DNA of 50,791 nt from contig CAZUFD010000005.1 of the NCBI GenBank assembly GCA_964619625.1, positions 3,635-54,425 of the forward strand, read 5' to 3'. The DNA is from an uncultured Gammaproteobacteria bacterium (GTDB lineage: Bacteria > Patescibacteriota > Patescibacteriia > Magasanikbacterales > GWA2-37-8). Under the pieces are notes generated by a model. It ran no database searches. It was not told where the DNA came from and saw only the letters and a program-made list of their open reading frames with translations. Shown in pieces: positions 45,601 through 50,791 of the stretch (positions are counted from its first letter, which is position 1; every line of letters starts with the position of its first letter). The translations under genes and the position numbers were made by a program.

Positions 45601-48600
45601 AGTTAGTAGTAGTAACATTTGTTGTGTTAATATTTGCTGGTGAAAAATTAGTGGCTGCTAAAGTCGTGAAGAAAGCATTGGTGGAAGTAACCGATGTAGC
45701 TAATACTATTGTTGAGGTTACCGCGGTGCCGGAGGCAGATGTAAAGTAAAGCGGGCCGGTGAGTGTGCCGCCTGCAAGTGGCAAGTAATTGCTGGCGGTA
45801 ACAGTGTCCACAATCATAGCATCCGTAACTGAATTGCTTGGAAGATTGAGTACGCCGGAGACATACAAATTGGTAGTAGTTGCATTTGTGGCGGTTAGAT
45901 TTGTGACTGTATCATTTGTTGATACAAGTGAAGTGAAAGACGCATTAGTTGATGTAACCGACGTTGCAAGGAACACAGTTGAAGTCATAGCGGTGCCGGA
46001 AGCGGTAGTAAAGTACAGTGGGCCGGTGAGTGTGCCGCCTGCAAGCGGTAGATAATTTGAGGCAGTGATTGTATCCACGACCATGGCATCAGTAACGGAG
46101 TTTAAAGGTAAGGACAATACACCGCTCACATTTAAATTGGTGGTGGTAACTGAAGTTCCTACGGCAGTGCTAAAGGTTATGCTGGTTAGATTTGCGTTGG
46201 TGCTGGTTAAGTTTGTAGTATTAATGTTAGCCGGACTAAAGTTAGTGGCAGCTAATGTTGTAAAGAATGCATTGGTTGAAGTAACCGACGTTGCCAAAAA
46301 TACGGTTGAGGTCATGGCTGTGCCAGATGCAGAAGTAAAGTACAAAGGCCCAGTTAAGGTACCCCCTGCCAGCGGTAAGTAATTTGAAGCGGTAATAGTA
46401 TCAACTACCATCGCGTCGGTGATGGAGTTGGACGGAAGGTTGACAGTTCCAGAGATGTACAAGTTAGTTGAGGTAGCGTTAGTCGCTGTTAAATTAGAAA
46501 TGGTTGTATTGCCAAGATTGGTCGTTCCGGATATATACAGATTTGTAGAAGTCGCATTTACAAAAATTGCGTTGGTTGAAGTTGCCGCGGTACCTGAAGC
46601 GCTTGTGAAGTACAGTGGACCAGTTAATGTCCCCCCGGCAAGCGGTAAGTAATTTGAAGCTGTAAGCGTATCAACAACCATTGCGTCGGTAATGGAGTTG
46701 TTTGGTAATGAGACTTGGCCGGTAATATTGATGTTTGTACCGGTTGTATTGGTAAATAGCAGATTTGCTAAAGTGCCTACTTGAGTTAGGTTAGGTAAAG
46801 AGGTGGAGGCTGTGATTGCTAGGAATGTGCTGGTGGCTGTAGCCGGATAATCAAGTCCAAGGTAAGCCAAACTTGTTGAGGCGGATGTTGGCAAATAGTT
46901 TGATGCGGTGATGGTGTCCACGACCATCGCATCGGTGACTGAATTTGAAGGCAAAGACAATACACCGCTCACATTTAAGTTAGTGGTGGTTACCGAAGTA
47001 CCCACCGCTGTACTAAAAGTGATACTGGTTAAGTTGGCATTGGTGCTTGTTAAATTAGTTGTATTAACATTAGCCGGGCTGAAATTGGTAGCGGCTAGTG
47101 TTGTAAAGAAGGCGTTGGTAGATGTGATTGAGGTAGCCAAAAAGACTGTGGATGTCATGGCAGTGCCACTTGCGGTCGTAAAGAAGAGCGGGCCAGTCAA
47201 AGTGCCCCCAGCCAGCGGTAAATAATTAGAAGCCGTAATCGTATCTACAACCATTGCGTCGGTAACGGAGTTGTTTGGAAGGTTAAGCGTGCCAGAAATA
47301 TAGAGGTTTGTGGAAGTGGCATTAGTGGCAGTTAGGTTTGTGGCCGTGTCATTTGTTGATACAAGTGTGGTGAATGATGCGTTAGTGGATGTTACGGATG
47401 TTGCAAGGAAAACCGTTGAGGTCATGGCTGTGCCAGAAGCAGAGGTGAAGAATAACGGGCCAGTAAGTGTCCCACCAGCAAGTGGTAAATAATTTGAAGC
47501 AGTGATCGTGTCCACGACCATGGCATCGGTAACGGAATTGGATGGGAGGTTTAACGAGCCGCTTACATACAAGTTCGTACTAGTGGCGCTTGTAATCAAG
47601 CCGTTAATTATAACGGTGCTGGTAGCAAAAAGGTTGGTGGTAGTTGCGCTGGTAAATACAGCCGTGGAAGCAACGCTTGAACCAATCGGTGTATTGTTAA
47701 CTGTTCCTCCATCAATAGTGAGGCCGTTCACTACCATAACGTCCGTAACTGAATTATTTGGCAAATTTAGCGTAGCGCCAACACTGAGGTTGGTAATATT
47801 GGCGCTCGTAATACTGGAGCTAACAAAAGTGCTGGTCGTAAACACAGTGTTGGTGCTAAAATTTATCGCCCCACTAGAAAATTGCATGAGGGGTGTACCG
47901 GTAACCGAAGTGCCATTTAGATAATAGGCAAAATAGTTAGCTGTTGAAGTATTTACGCCGCCGCCAGCCCCGCCCCCGGAAATAACTCCACAGGATACAG
48001 ATCCATCAGAACCAGTTTGCAAAGCTTGATTGGCGCTATTACAGCTGGTAATGGAAGTAAGTTTGATGGAAGAAGCAAAGGTGGCATTGGTAGAAGTGAT
48101 GCTTGTGCCAGAGGCATTTACAAAATTAAACAGCCCGGAAAGATATAAATTGGTGGTGGTCGCATTGGTGGACGTTAGGTTGGAAATTGTGGTGGTGCCC
48201 AACGTAGAGGTGCCACTAACAGTAAGCCCGCCGGAAGTTAGAGTTCCGGCTATGGTAAGCGCGCCGCCCGAGGTAATTTTATTGGCTGAAGAGAAAAATT
48301 GTATATCGCCTGTGCCAGTTCCTCCTTGGAAAGTAAGAGTATTGGTAGAAGTAGCGTTGATTTGCGGATTTGTGCTGCTTAAAGCCAAATTTCCAGACGA
48401 CAGGACGGGAATTTGGTTTCCCGAAGCGTATTGGCTAGCTTCAAAGCCACCCACCGTGCTGGCGTTAATGGCAAAACCGGCCGAAGTAATACGCTGTCTG
48501 GGGCTTAATGTTTCAAAACTGGCGCTAGTACAAGCTGAGCTTACCTGAGATCCAACCTCAACATTTAGATAAATAGTGTCATTATCTTGAAAATTATAAT

Positions 48601-48955
48601 CCAATAAGTCGCTGCCGGCAGAAGTATCGCCTATCCCAAAATTAAATACGCCGCTTTTAACCGAAACCGTAGTGGTGGCCGGAGAGCCGGAGGGCCACAG
48701 TTTGGTACCCGAGCCAACCGTAGAAGTAGTATAAAAAGAAAATTTAAAACAATAATTTGTGCCCGATGATCCGCCAAGCAAATTTCCACTTGAATCCAGA
48801 AGCCTTCCTTGATAATTCAAAATTTTAGGCACGCCGGTGGCAGTATATGAAAAATCAGGTTTAAATATTAAATAAAATACAAAAAATAGGCTGAAAATAA
48901 AAATTTTCTGCAAGTTTTTCACTCCAGCTGTTTTCTTGTTCCTCCTAAACAGCAT
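33674..48955 (-). CDS. giant (5,093 aa) secreted repeat protein: tail-fibre-like repeats, 7 LVIVD-type beta-propeller repeats, Gly-rich domain, C-terminal modules
   Basis: Uninterrupted 15,282-nt ORF; ATG at 48953-48955; N-terminal TM/signal (IFIFSLFFVFYLIF). There are at least 27 copies of (N/S)LP(S/N)NS(V/I)TDAMVVDT(I/L)TASNYLPLAGGTLTGPL(Y/F)FTSASGT. Seven copies of (A/S)G(K/R)YAYV...(I/V)VD(I/V)SNP sit at about 37330-38230. A Gly-rich block (VIVTGGGGAGGSADGDGTNEGGAGGGGAGG...) sits at about 35640-36260. Confidence 0.9.
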   Translation of the reverse strand: MLFRRNKKTAGVKNLQKIFIFSLFFVFYLIFKPDFSYTATGVPKILNYQGRLLDSSGNLLGGSSGTNYCFKFSFYTTSTVGSGTKLWPSGSPATTTVSVKSGVFNFGIGDTSAGSDLLDYNFQDNDTIYLNVEVGSQVSSACTSASFETLSPRQRITSAGFAINASTVGGFEASQYASGNQIPVLSSGNLALSSTNPQINATSTNTLTFQGGTGTGDIQFFSSANKITSGGALTIAGTLTSGGLTVSGTSTLGTTTISNLTSTNATTTNLYLSGLFNFVNASGTSITSTNATFASSIKLTSITSCNSANQALQTGSDGSVSCGVISGGGAGGGVNTSTANYFAYYLNGTSVTGTPLMQFSSGAINFSTNTVFTTSTFVSSSITSANITNLSVGATLNLPNNSVTDVMVVNGLTIDGGTVNNTPIGSSVASTAVFTSATTTNLFATSTVIINGLITSATSTNLYVSGSLNLPSNSVTDAMVVDTITASNYLPLAGGTLTGPLFFTSASGTAMTSTVFLATSVTSTNASFTTLVSTNDTATNLTATNATSTNLYISGTLNLPNNSVTDAMVVDTITASNYLPLAGGTLTGPLFFTTASGTAMTSTVFLATSITSTNAFFTTLAATNFSPANVNTTNLTSTNANLTSITFSTAVGTSVTTTNLNVSGVLSLPSNSVTDAMVVDTITASNYLPTSASTSLAYLGLDYPATATSTFLAITASTSLPNLTQVGTLANLLFTNTTGTNINITGQVSLPNNSITDAMVVDTLTASNYLPLAGGTLTGPLYFTSASGTAATSTNAIFVNATSTNLYISGTTNLGNTTISNLTATNATSTNLYISGTVNLPSNSITDAMVVDTITASNYLPLAGGTLTGPLYFTSASGTAMTSTVFLATSVTSTNAFFTTLAATNFSPANINTTNLTSTNANLTSITFSTAVGTSVTTTNLNVSGVLSLPLNSVTDAMVVDTITASNYLPLAGGTLTGPLYFTTASGTAMTSTVFLATSVTSTNASFTSLVSTNDTVTNLTATNATTTNLYVSGVLNLPSNSVTDAMIVDTVTASNYLPLAGGTLTGPLYFTSASGTAVTSTIVLATSVTSTNAFFTTLAATNFSPANINTTNVTTTNLAVTGVLSLPSNSVTDAMVVDTITASNYLPLAGGTLTGPLYFTSASGTAVTSTNAIFVNATSTNLYVSGITNLGNTTISNLTATNATSTNLYVSGVLNLPNNSITDAMVVDTLTASNYLPLSGGTLTGGLTFTTASGTAMTSTVFLATSITSTNASFTNLSASSFSPANINTTNLTSTNANLTSITFGTAVGTSVTTTNLNVSGVLSLPNNSVTDAMVVDTLTASNYLPLAGGTLTGNLNFTNASGTMVTSTNILATNATSTNLFATGLTFTNANGTSLTSTNAFFTNLVATTLNISASSTFRTSSIAGGFFQTDFADCSAENQTVNYNATTGKFTCLADDTSGGGSGGVNTSTANYFTFYLTGTTVTGTPLMQFSNGAITVTTNTSFTAVTATSVTTTNLAVTSALSLPSNSVTDAMVVDTITASNYLPLAGGTLTGPLFFTSASGTAMTSTVFLATSITSTNASFTNLSASSFSPANINTTNLTSTNANLTSITFGTAVGTSVTTTNLNVSGVLSLPSNSVTDAMVVDTITASNYLPLAGGTLTGPLYFTSASGTAVTSTSAIFVNASTTNLYVSGVLNLPSNSVTDAMIPDTITASNYLLLTGGTLSGAFGFTTATGTSVTSTNAFFTNLATSNFSPANINTTNLTSTNANLTSITFTNAVGTSVTTTNLSVSTNLSLPNNSITDAMVVDTITASNYLALSGGTLTGSLYFTSASGTAVTSTNILATNATTTNLNVSGVLSLPSNSVTDAMVVAGLTIDSGTINNTPIGITGASTAIFTNVTSSNATSTNLYVSGTTNLGNTTISNLTATNATSTNLYVSGALNLPSNSVTDAMVVDTLTASNYLPLAGGTLTGPLFFTSASGTAMTSTIFLATSITSTNASFTNLSASSFSPANINTTNLTSTNANLTSITFGTAVGTSVTTTNLNVSGVLSLPSNSVTDAMVVDTITASNYLPLAGGTLTGPLYFTSASGTAMTSTVFLATSVTSTNAFFTTLVSTNDTVTNLTATNATSTNLYVSGVLSLPNNSVTDAMVVDTITASNYLPLAGGTLTGGLTFTTASGTAMTSTVFLATSITSTNASFTNLSASSFSPANINTTNLTSTNANLTSITFTTAVGTSVTTTNLNVSGVLSLPSNSVTDAMVVDTITASNYLPLAGGTLTGPLYFTSASGTAVTSTNAIFVNATSTNLYVSGALNLPSNSVTDAMIPDTITASNYLLLTGGTLSGAFGFTTATGTSVTSTNIAATLIGPAAGDAGAITIGAAAGTGLITVGNSTVAQTLSLGIGTSSTINVGTGVGTTTINIGTGGAAGGVRIGATNVSTTILGGLSVVGIGVTTTNLYVSGALNLPSNSVTDAMVVDTITASNYLPLAGGTLTGPLYFTSASGTSMTSTNAIFVNATSTNLYVSGALNLPNNSVTDAMVVDTITASNYLPLAGGTLTGGLTFTTASGTAMTSTVFLATSITSTNASFTNLSASSFSPANINTTNLTSTNANLTSITFGTAVGTSVTTTNLNVSGVLSLPSNSVTDAMVVDTITASNYLPLAGGTLTGPLFFTTASGTAMTSTVFLATSVTSTNASFTTLVSTNDTVTNLTATNATSTNLYVSGVLNLPSNSITDAMVVDTIIASNYLPLAGGTLTGPLYFTSASGTAVTSTNLLATNATTTNLYVSGVLNLPSNSVTDAMVVDTITASNYLLLTGGTLSGAFGFTTATGTSVTSTNAFFTTLATTNFSPSNISTTNVTTTNLNVTGALTLPSNSVTDAMVVDTITASNYLPLAGGTLTGPLFFTSASGTSMTSTNAIFVNASTTNLYVSGVLNLPSNSITDAMVVDTITASNYLPLAGGTLTGALYFTSASGTTMTSTNLYVASVAPADGATGAITIGASAGTGLITLGNSSVAQTVSLGIGTSSTINIGTGAGTTTIAIGTGGATGTIRLGAAGVLTRVLGGFDVTGSGATTTNLYVSASSTFRTSTVEGGFFQTSFTDCSGEGSTVNYNATTGKFTCLTDGGGTSTATTTWDFSDLNVYLVTSTSKVGIGTNVPSTSLHIVSTTEQLRLGYNSTNYASFTVASNGGLTITPSGNATTTIPYLVSTSATSTNLYISGTLSLPNNSITDAMVVDTVTASNYLPLAGGTLTGPLYFTVASGTTMTSTNLYVASVAPADGATGAITIGAAAGTGLITVGNSTVAQTLSLGIGTSSTINVGTGVGTTTINIGTGGAAGGVRIGATNVSTTILGGLSVVGIGATTTNLYVSGSLNLPSNSITDAMVVAGLTIDSGTINNTPIGASGASTAIFTNVTSSNATSTNLYISSLANFAASSTMRTTTINGGFFMDSFTDCSADSQTVNYNATTGKFTCLTDSGGSSAYTSPITVTDGTTTSSLRADGLFIATSTSNLMGLFFANSAGSISTSGTLRVFATSTFTTGTFSRSIGIGTTTPTQALSVVGNISNILDGSGPMSEISSITIGSTPTGVSVAGKYAYVVAQGTESLYIVDISDPRNPVQVGTAALGTQPFGIYVAGRYAYVTLFGAASVITVDISNPVAARKIATTTVGANPRAVYVAGKYAYVANRTDNNISVLDISNPLAPIQIATTDVGGNPFAIYGQGRYVYTANNAEASISVVDVSNPYVPLQVSTAAVGVAPNGIYVSGKFAYVTNFNDATMSIVDISNPASPVQVGTSSTGVNPNGIFVSGRYAYVANETSSTVSIIDVSSSTKPTLIKNVTAGNGSASIYVSGRYAYTGNVNGSSMSVLDLSGTEVTSLIAHSAEFGNLQSLNDVIAQGNIIAGTSLLVGAGGIQTNGALSVFASSTNATSSIFRVVPRTGGATSGLQVFGNGTVTLATTTISSSTMTTANITTLNVTTCNGCGAAPGGSGTTTWTFSGLNVYLVTSTSQVGIGTNVPSTTLHVVSTTEQLRLGYNSTNYASFTVASNGGLTISPSGNATTTIPRLMSTSVTTTNFSVSSLSALSNLTFASATGTNFNITNLTTLSTTTIAGLTLSTVTSCDGADQALYTDTNGVVGCHTVVGGGTAGGGVNTSTANYFAYYLTGTGVTGTPFMRISGNTIAFTTNTTFTTSTINSTTITNANITNLIVGSCTGCGGNSTSTFDIFVSSTAGNGTWTAPAGVDYAQVIVTGGGGAGGSADGDGTNEGGAGGGGAGGTSIEMFTASELGANQTIVVGAAGAAAAAAGGGSGGAGGTTTFGAPNLVGANPGQGGTGYSNGAIPPVDIAGGAGGAATTSGDVNLNGAAGHDGFAGVVEMSEGGIGGASYWGGGGTGGQASGAEAEAGTAATAYGAGGGGAASVDESTGAAGGNGASGVIVVISYNSTGGDLAEWYEATEDVVPGDLVSISSSSLEYESYQLGLSKTSILEKAKPGSPVVGVVSTIPFDVMGGDLLGASRNAKPIALAGRVPVNVSNENGPVKAGDMLTISSVAGVAMRATKSGVTIGRALQDAECVAGLLCKVMVLVNTSYFNGIAMKKVMAQEGLDLDTIPAGLDVGRAVLTKMIADKQSFTASTSVSEIYTDRVMAGLEIITPRVVTQNINVDTISSLSGSGIGLTLAGGELFSIFAATTTSSTEISSTTPFVSSTPVITFDNLGNGFFAGKLTANEISANQIFGLNIITDKLSSLADTVSEMSASSTTSTLIVEGLETNALEVEGLAAFLNGLKVAGLSMFNGDVTVVGKLFVTDIENPLINSITSSLQTIAQELNNTTTTLNNLATQLAENETLLNTLFASSTATSSASSLDLGMFAQSTGLQFENMVSFKGGLQVDSISSISGATTFMGDSIFFGRPYFNADSGGFVVMSSGTQFAEVVFEREYLAQPVISVSISLEASSTAPTSTEDLEERIFAEDIRYLVTKKSATGFTIKLNKPAPGDIVFSWIALAVKDAKIVISTSTLPIVIPVEMEIQSTTPAVIPIETEEFVEPIVSNTTTTPIVVIPTTAEEPLTSTSTPALLPSVEPPLVTSVTEPETTASTTEN
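38875..39109 (-). repeat. exact 235-nt duplicate, copy A (pairs with 41596-41830)
   Basis: Hand comparison of the two stretches and identical plus-strand translations (MPTTDRPPKMVVETLVAPILTPPAAPPVPILMVVVPTPVPTLIVDDVPMPSDNVCATVELPTVIRPVPAAAPIVIAP). Sense-strand peptide: GAITIGAAAGTGLITVGNSTVAQTLSLGIGTSSTINVGTGVGTTTINIGTGGAAGGVRIGATNVSTTILGGLSVVGIG. Confidence 0.85.
41596..41830 (-). repeat. exact 235-nt duplicate, copy B (pairs with 38875-39109)
   Basis: See copy A. A third, diverged relative lies at about 39760-40000 (GAITIGASAGTGLITLGNSSVAQTVSLGIGTSSTINIGTGAGTTTIAIGTGGATGTIRLG). Confidence 0.85.
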
Positions 48956-49120
48956 AACTGTTTATTTATACAATCAATTATAACACAGATTTGGCTATTC
49001 TAAAATAAAAAAGGGCTCATTGTGGATAAATAAATTATAAAAAATTAATAAAACTAAAACAAACAATATTATAGCTAGCTATTTCCTGAAATTTGATATG
49101 CTGTTATACTTAAAATCGAT

Positions 49121-50557
49121 ATGTCCACCAACAAACTAATCGCTAAAAACACTCTTGTACAAATTATCGGCAAGGCCATAAGCACTGCCCTAGGATTAAT
49201 GGCGGTTGGTATCATGACCCGCGCTTTAGGTGTGGAACAATTCGGCTGGTACGTGACAGCTACCGGTTTTTTGCAATTTATAGGCATATTTTCTGACTTT
49301 GGCTTTACGGCCATTACAGCCAAAATGCTGTCTGAGCCAGAACTTGATAAACAAAAACTACTTAACAATCTTTTCACCTGGCGCTTTTTGACCGCTCTAT
49401 TTTTTCAAGGCTTGGCACCGTTTGCAATCTTACTCTTCCCCTATCCAGCGCCCATAAAAATGGCTGTGGCTATTATGTCCTTATCGTTTTTTGCCATTTC
49501 CCTTAATCAAATTTTCATTGGCTACTGCCAGTCTGCCTTAAAAATGACCATCCAAATGACTGGCGAAATTTTAGGCAGAATTATTTTAGTCGTTGGTTTA
49601 CTGGTGGTTGGGGCGCAAAACTATGGTTTCCTATGGGCTATGGCCATCATTACCCTGGCATCGGTTATCTATACTTTTTATCTTTGGCAAAAAAGTCCGG
49701 GCGTGCGATTTTCTATAGATAAAATCATTTCAAAAATAATTTTTCATACTATCTGGCCCACGGCCACAACCGTTATTTTTAACGCCTTTTATCTGCAAGG
49801 AGACCGAGTAATTTTACCGCTCTACACGCCCCTAACAGACGTGGCTCTTTATGGCGCGGCCTATCGCATATTGGACGTGGTTACCCAAAGCGCTTGGATG
49901 ATTATGGGAATTATGATGCCGCTCGTCACTTTTGCCTGGTCAAGAAAATTAATAGATGAATTTAAACGAAAATACCAGATGAGTTTGGATCTGGTAAGCT
50001 TATTTTTGATTCCAATGGTTGCCGGCATAGTGGTACTGGCAACACCTATTATGCAATTAATCGGCGGCGGTGACTTTGCCCGTTTTGAAAATCCGGGCAG
50101 AATTTTACAATTTTTATCTATTGCCATAATTGGTATTGCTTTTGGCAATATTTTTGGCTATATGGCGCTCTCTATAAACCGCCAGCGTCAAGCTATGTGG
50201 ATTTATTTTTCTGATGCCGTGCTTACGACCATTGCCTATTTTGTTTTAATTCCGCGATACGGCATCTACGGCGCAGCCGGAGCGGCAATTTTTTCCGAAA
50301 TATACGCGGGCTTGGGGCTTATGATTCTGGCCAATTATTACGCCAAATTTATCCCAAGCTTTAAAACTTTATTTAAAATTATTTTGGCGAGCGGCTTGAT
50401 GGGGATAGTTATTTATAAATTACAGCCCTTGCATATGATCAATTCTTTAAATCTTATCTTCTCAATTATCCTCGGTGCTGGCATTTATGCGTTTTTGGTT
50501 TTGGCGCTGCGAATTATTTCCAAACAAACGATTTTGGAGGTTTTGAAACGAAACTAG
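49121..50557 (+). CDS. MOP-superfamily polysaccharide/oligosaccharide flippase (Wzx/Polysacc_synt-like)
   Basis: 478 aa with about 12-14 TM segments. The N-terminus LIAKNTLVQIIGKAISTALGLMAVGIMTRALGVEQFGWY is typical of Polysacc_synt family flippases. Confidence 0.75.
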   Translation: MSTNKLIAKNTLVQIIGKAISTALGLMAVGIMTRALGVEQFGWYVTATGFLQFIGIFSDFGFTAITAKMLSEPELDKQKLLNNLFTWRFLTALFFQGLAPFAILLFPYPAPIKMAVAIMSLSFFAISLNQIFIGYCQSALKMTIQMTGEILGRIILVVGLLVVGAQNYGFLWAMAIITLASVIYTFYLWQKSPGVRFSIDKIISKIIFHTIWPTATTVIFNAFYLQGDRVILPLYTPLTDVALYGAAYRILDVVTQSAWMIMGIMMPLVTFAWSRKLIDEFKRKYQMSLDLVSLFLIPMVAGIVVLATPIMQLIGGGDFARFENPGRILQFLSIAIIGIAFGNIFGYMALSINRQRQAMWIYFSDAVLTTIAYFVLIPRYGIYGAAGAAIFSEIYAGLGLMILANYYAKFIPSFKTLFKIILASGLMGIVIYKLQPLHMINSLNLIFSIILGAGIYAFLVLALRIISKQTILEVLKRN

Positions 50558-50623
50558 GTTGTATAGCTATTTAAAATTTGATAAAATAACTCTAATTATT
50601 AGAATTTAATTATATGAAATTTT

Positions 50624-50791
50624 CAAAATTTAAAAACTTGGTGTTCTTCACGGCGCTGGCGGTAGTTACTCTGGTCTTTCTTTATGTGGTCAGGCCGTTT
50701 TTTTATCCGATTTTTTGGTCAGCAATAATTGCCGGAATTTTTTATCCGATTTTCAAAAAAATAAATTCAAAAATTAAATACCCAAATATAA
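50624..50791 (+). CDS. 5' fragment of an AI-2E/PerM (UPF0118)-like membrane transporter, truncated by the window edge
   Basis: The ATG at 50624 opens a frame that runs to the window end (MKFSKFKNLVFFTALAVVTLVFLYVVRPFFYPIFWSAIIAGIFYPIFKK...). The RPFxxPxxWAxxxA pattern is characteristic of AI-2E family N-termini. This ORF is not in the supplied ORF track. Confidence 0.45.

Larger units (their letters stand above)
38780..47780 (-). repeat. coding tandem/higher-order repeat array inside the giant gene
   Basis: The approximately 250-320-nt unit is visible as recurrent, nearly identical antisense ORFs on the plus strand (e.g. 40992-41309, 42153-42470, 42750-43064, 44004-44321, 46065-46382, 46908-47225). 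Boundaries are approximate. Confidence 0.85.

Noticed and set aside
38780-47780. Regular ~250-320-nt periodicity that might suggest a CRISPR array or satellite
   Set aside because: The period is far longer than CRISPR repeat-spacer units. There are no short direct repeats with unique spacers. The whole region is one continuous reading frame, so these are coding repeats.
33684-48548. Dozens of plus-strand ORFs (60-222 aa) tiled across the giant gene, many starting MIVSTTMASVTE... or MMVSTTIASVTE...
   Set aside because: They are antisense to an uninterrupted 15.3-kb ORF and repeat only because the sense strand repeats. Their Val/Thr/Ala-rich composition is the mirror of the sense Thr/Ser/Asn/Ala-rich repeats. 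They are shadow ORFs, not genes.
49075-49377. Minus-strand 100-aa ORF overlapping the start of the flippase gene
   Set aside because: It is antisense to a well-supported multi-TM MOP flippase ORF and has no independent signals.

Overview
Gene-dense 50.8-kb window, mostly transcribed on the minus strand and AT-leaning. I read it as a Candidate Phyla Radiation / Patescibacteria (Parcubacteria-like) genome; this is an inference from gene content, not a database result. Housekeeping genes are sparse: rpsO-NYN-pnp, tRNA-Arg/His/Leu, galU, a PduO-type adenosyltransferase next to a B12-dependent class II RNR (nrdJ), and ruvB. Summing ORF lengths, about 32 kb encodes secreted or surface proteins. These are nine small TrbC/VirB2-like two-TM pilin paralogs (eight nearly contiguous at 5271-9696), a three-gene type IV minor-pilin module, and a 1,388-aa LamG/InlB-B-repeat/beta-propeller/PKD protein. 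They also include a cohesin-cohesin-dockerin trio and a 5,093-aa (15.3 kb) repeat protein with phage-tail-fibre-like motifs. The clearest local anomaly is a ~430-bp GC-rich (~58%) island at 24370-24803. It carries one orphan 121-aa gene plus its own terminator, wedged between nrdJ and ruvB. Other items are an imperfect 32-nt inverted-repeat element (7150-7239) and a shared leader architecture upstream of two large secreted-protein genes. There is also an exact 235-nt internal duplication in the giant gene and an apparently leaderless ruvB. No CRISPR array, transposase, integrase or rRNA was seen. All family assignments come from motif recognition by eye and need HMM or structure confirmation.
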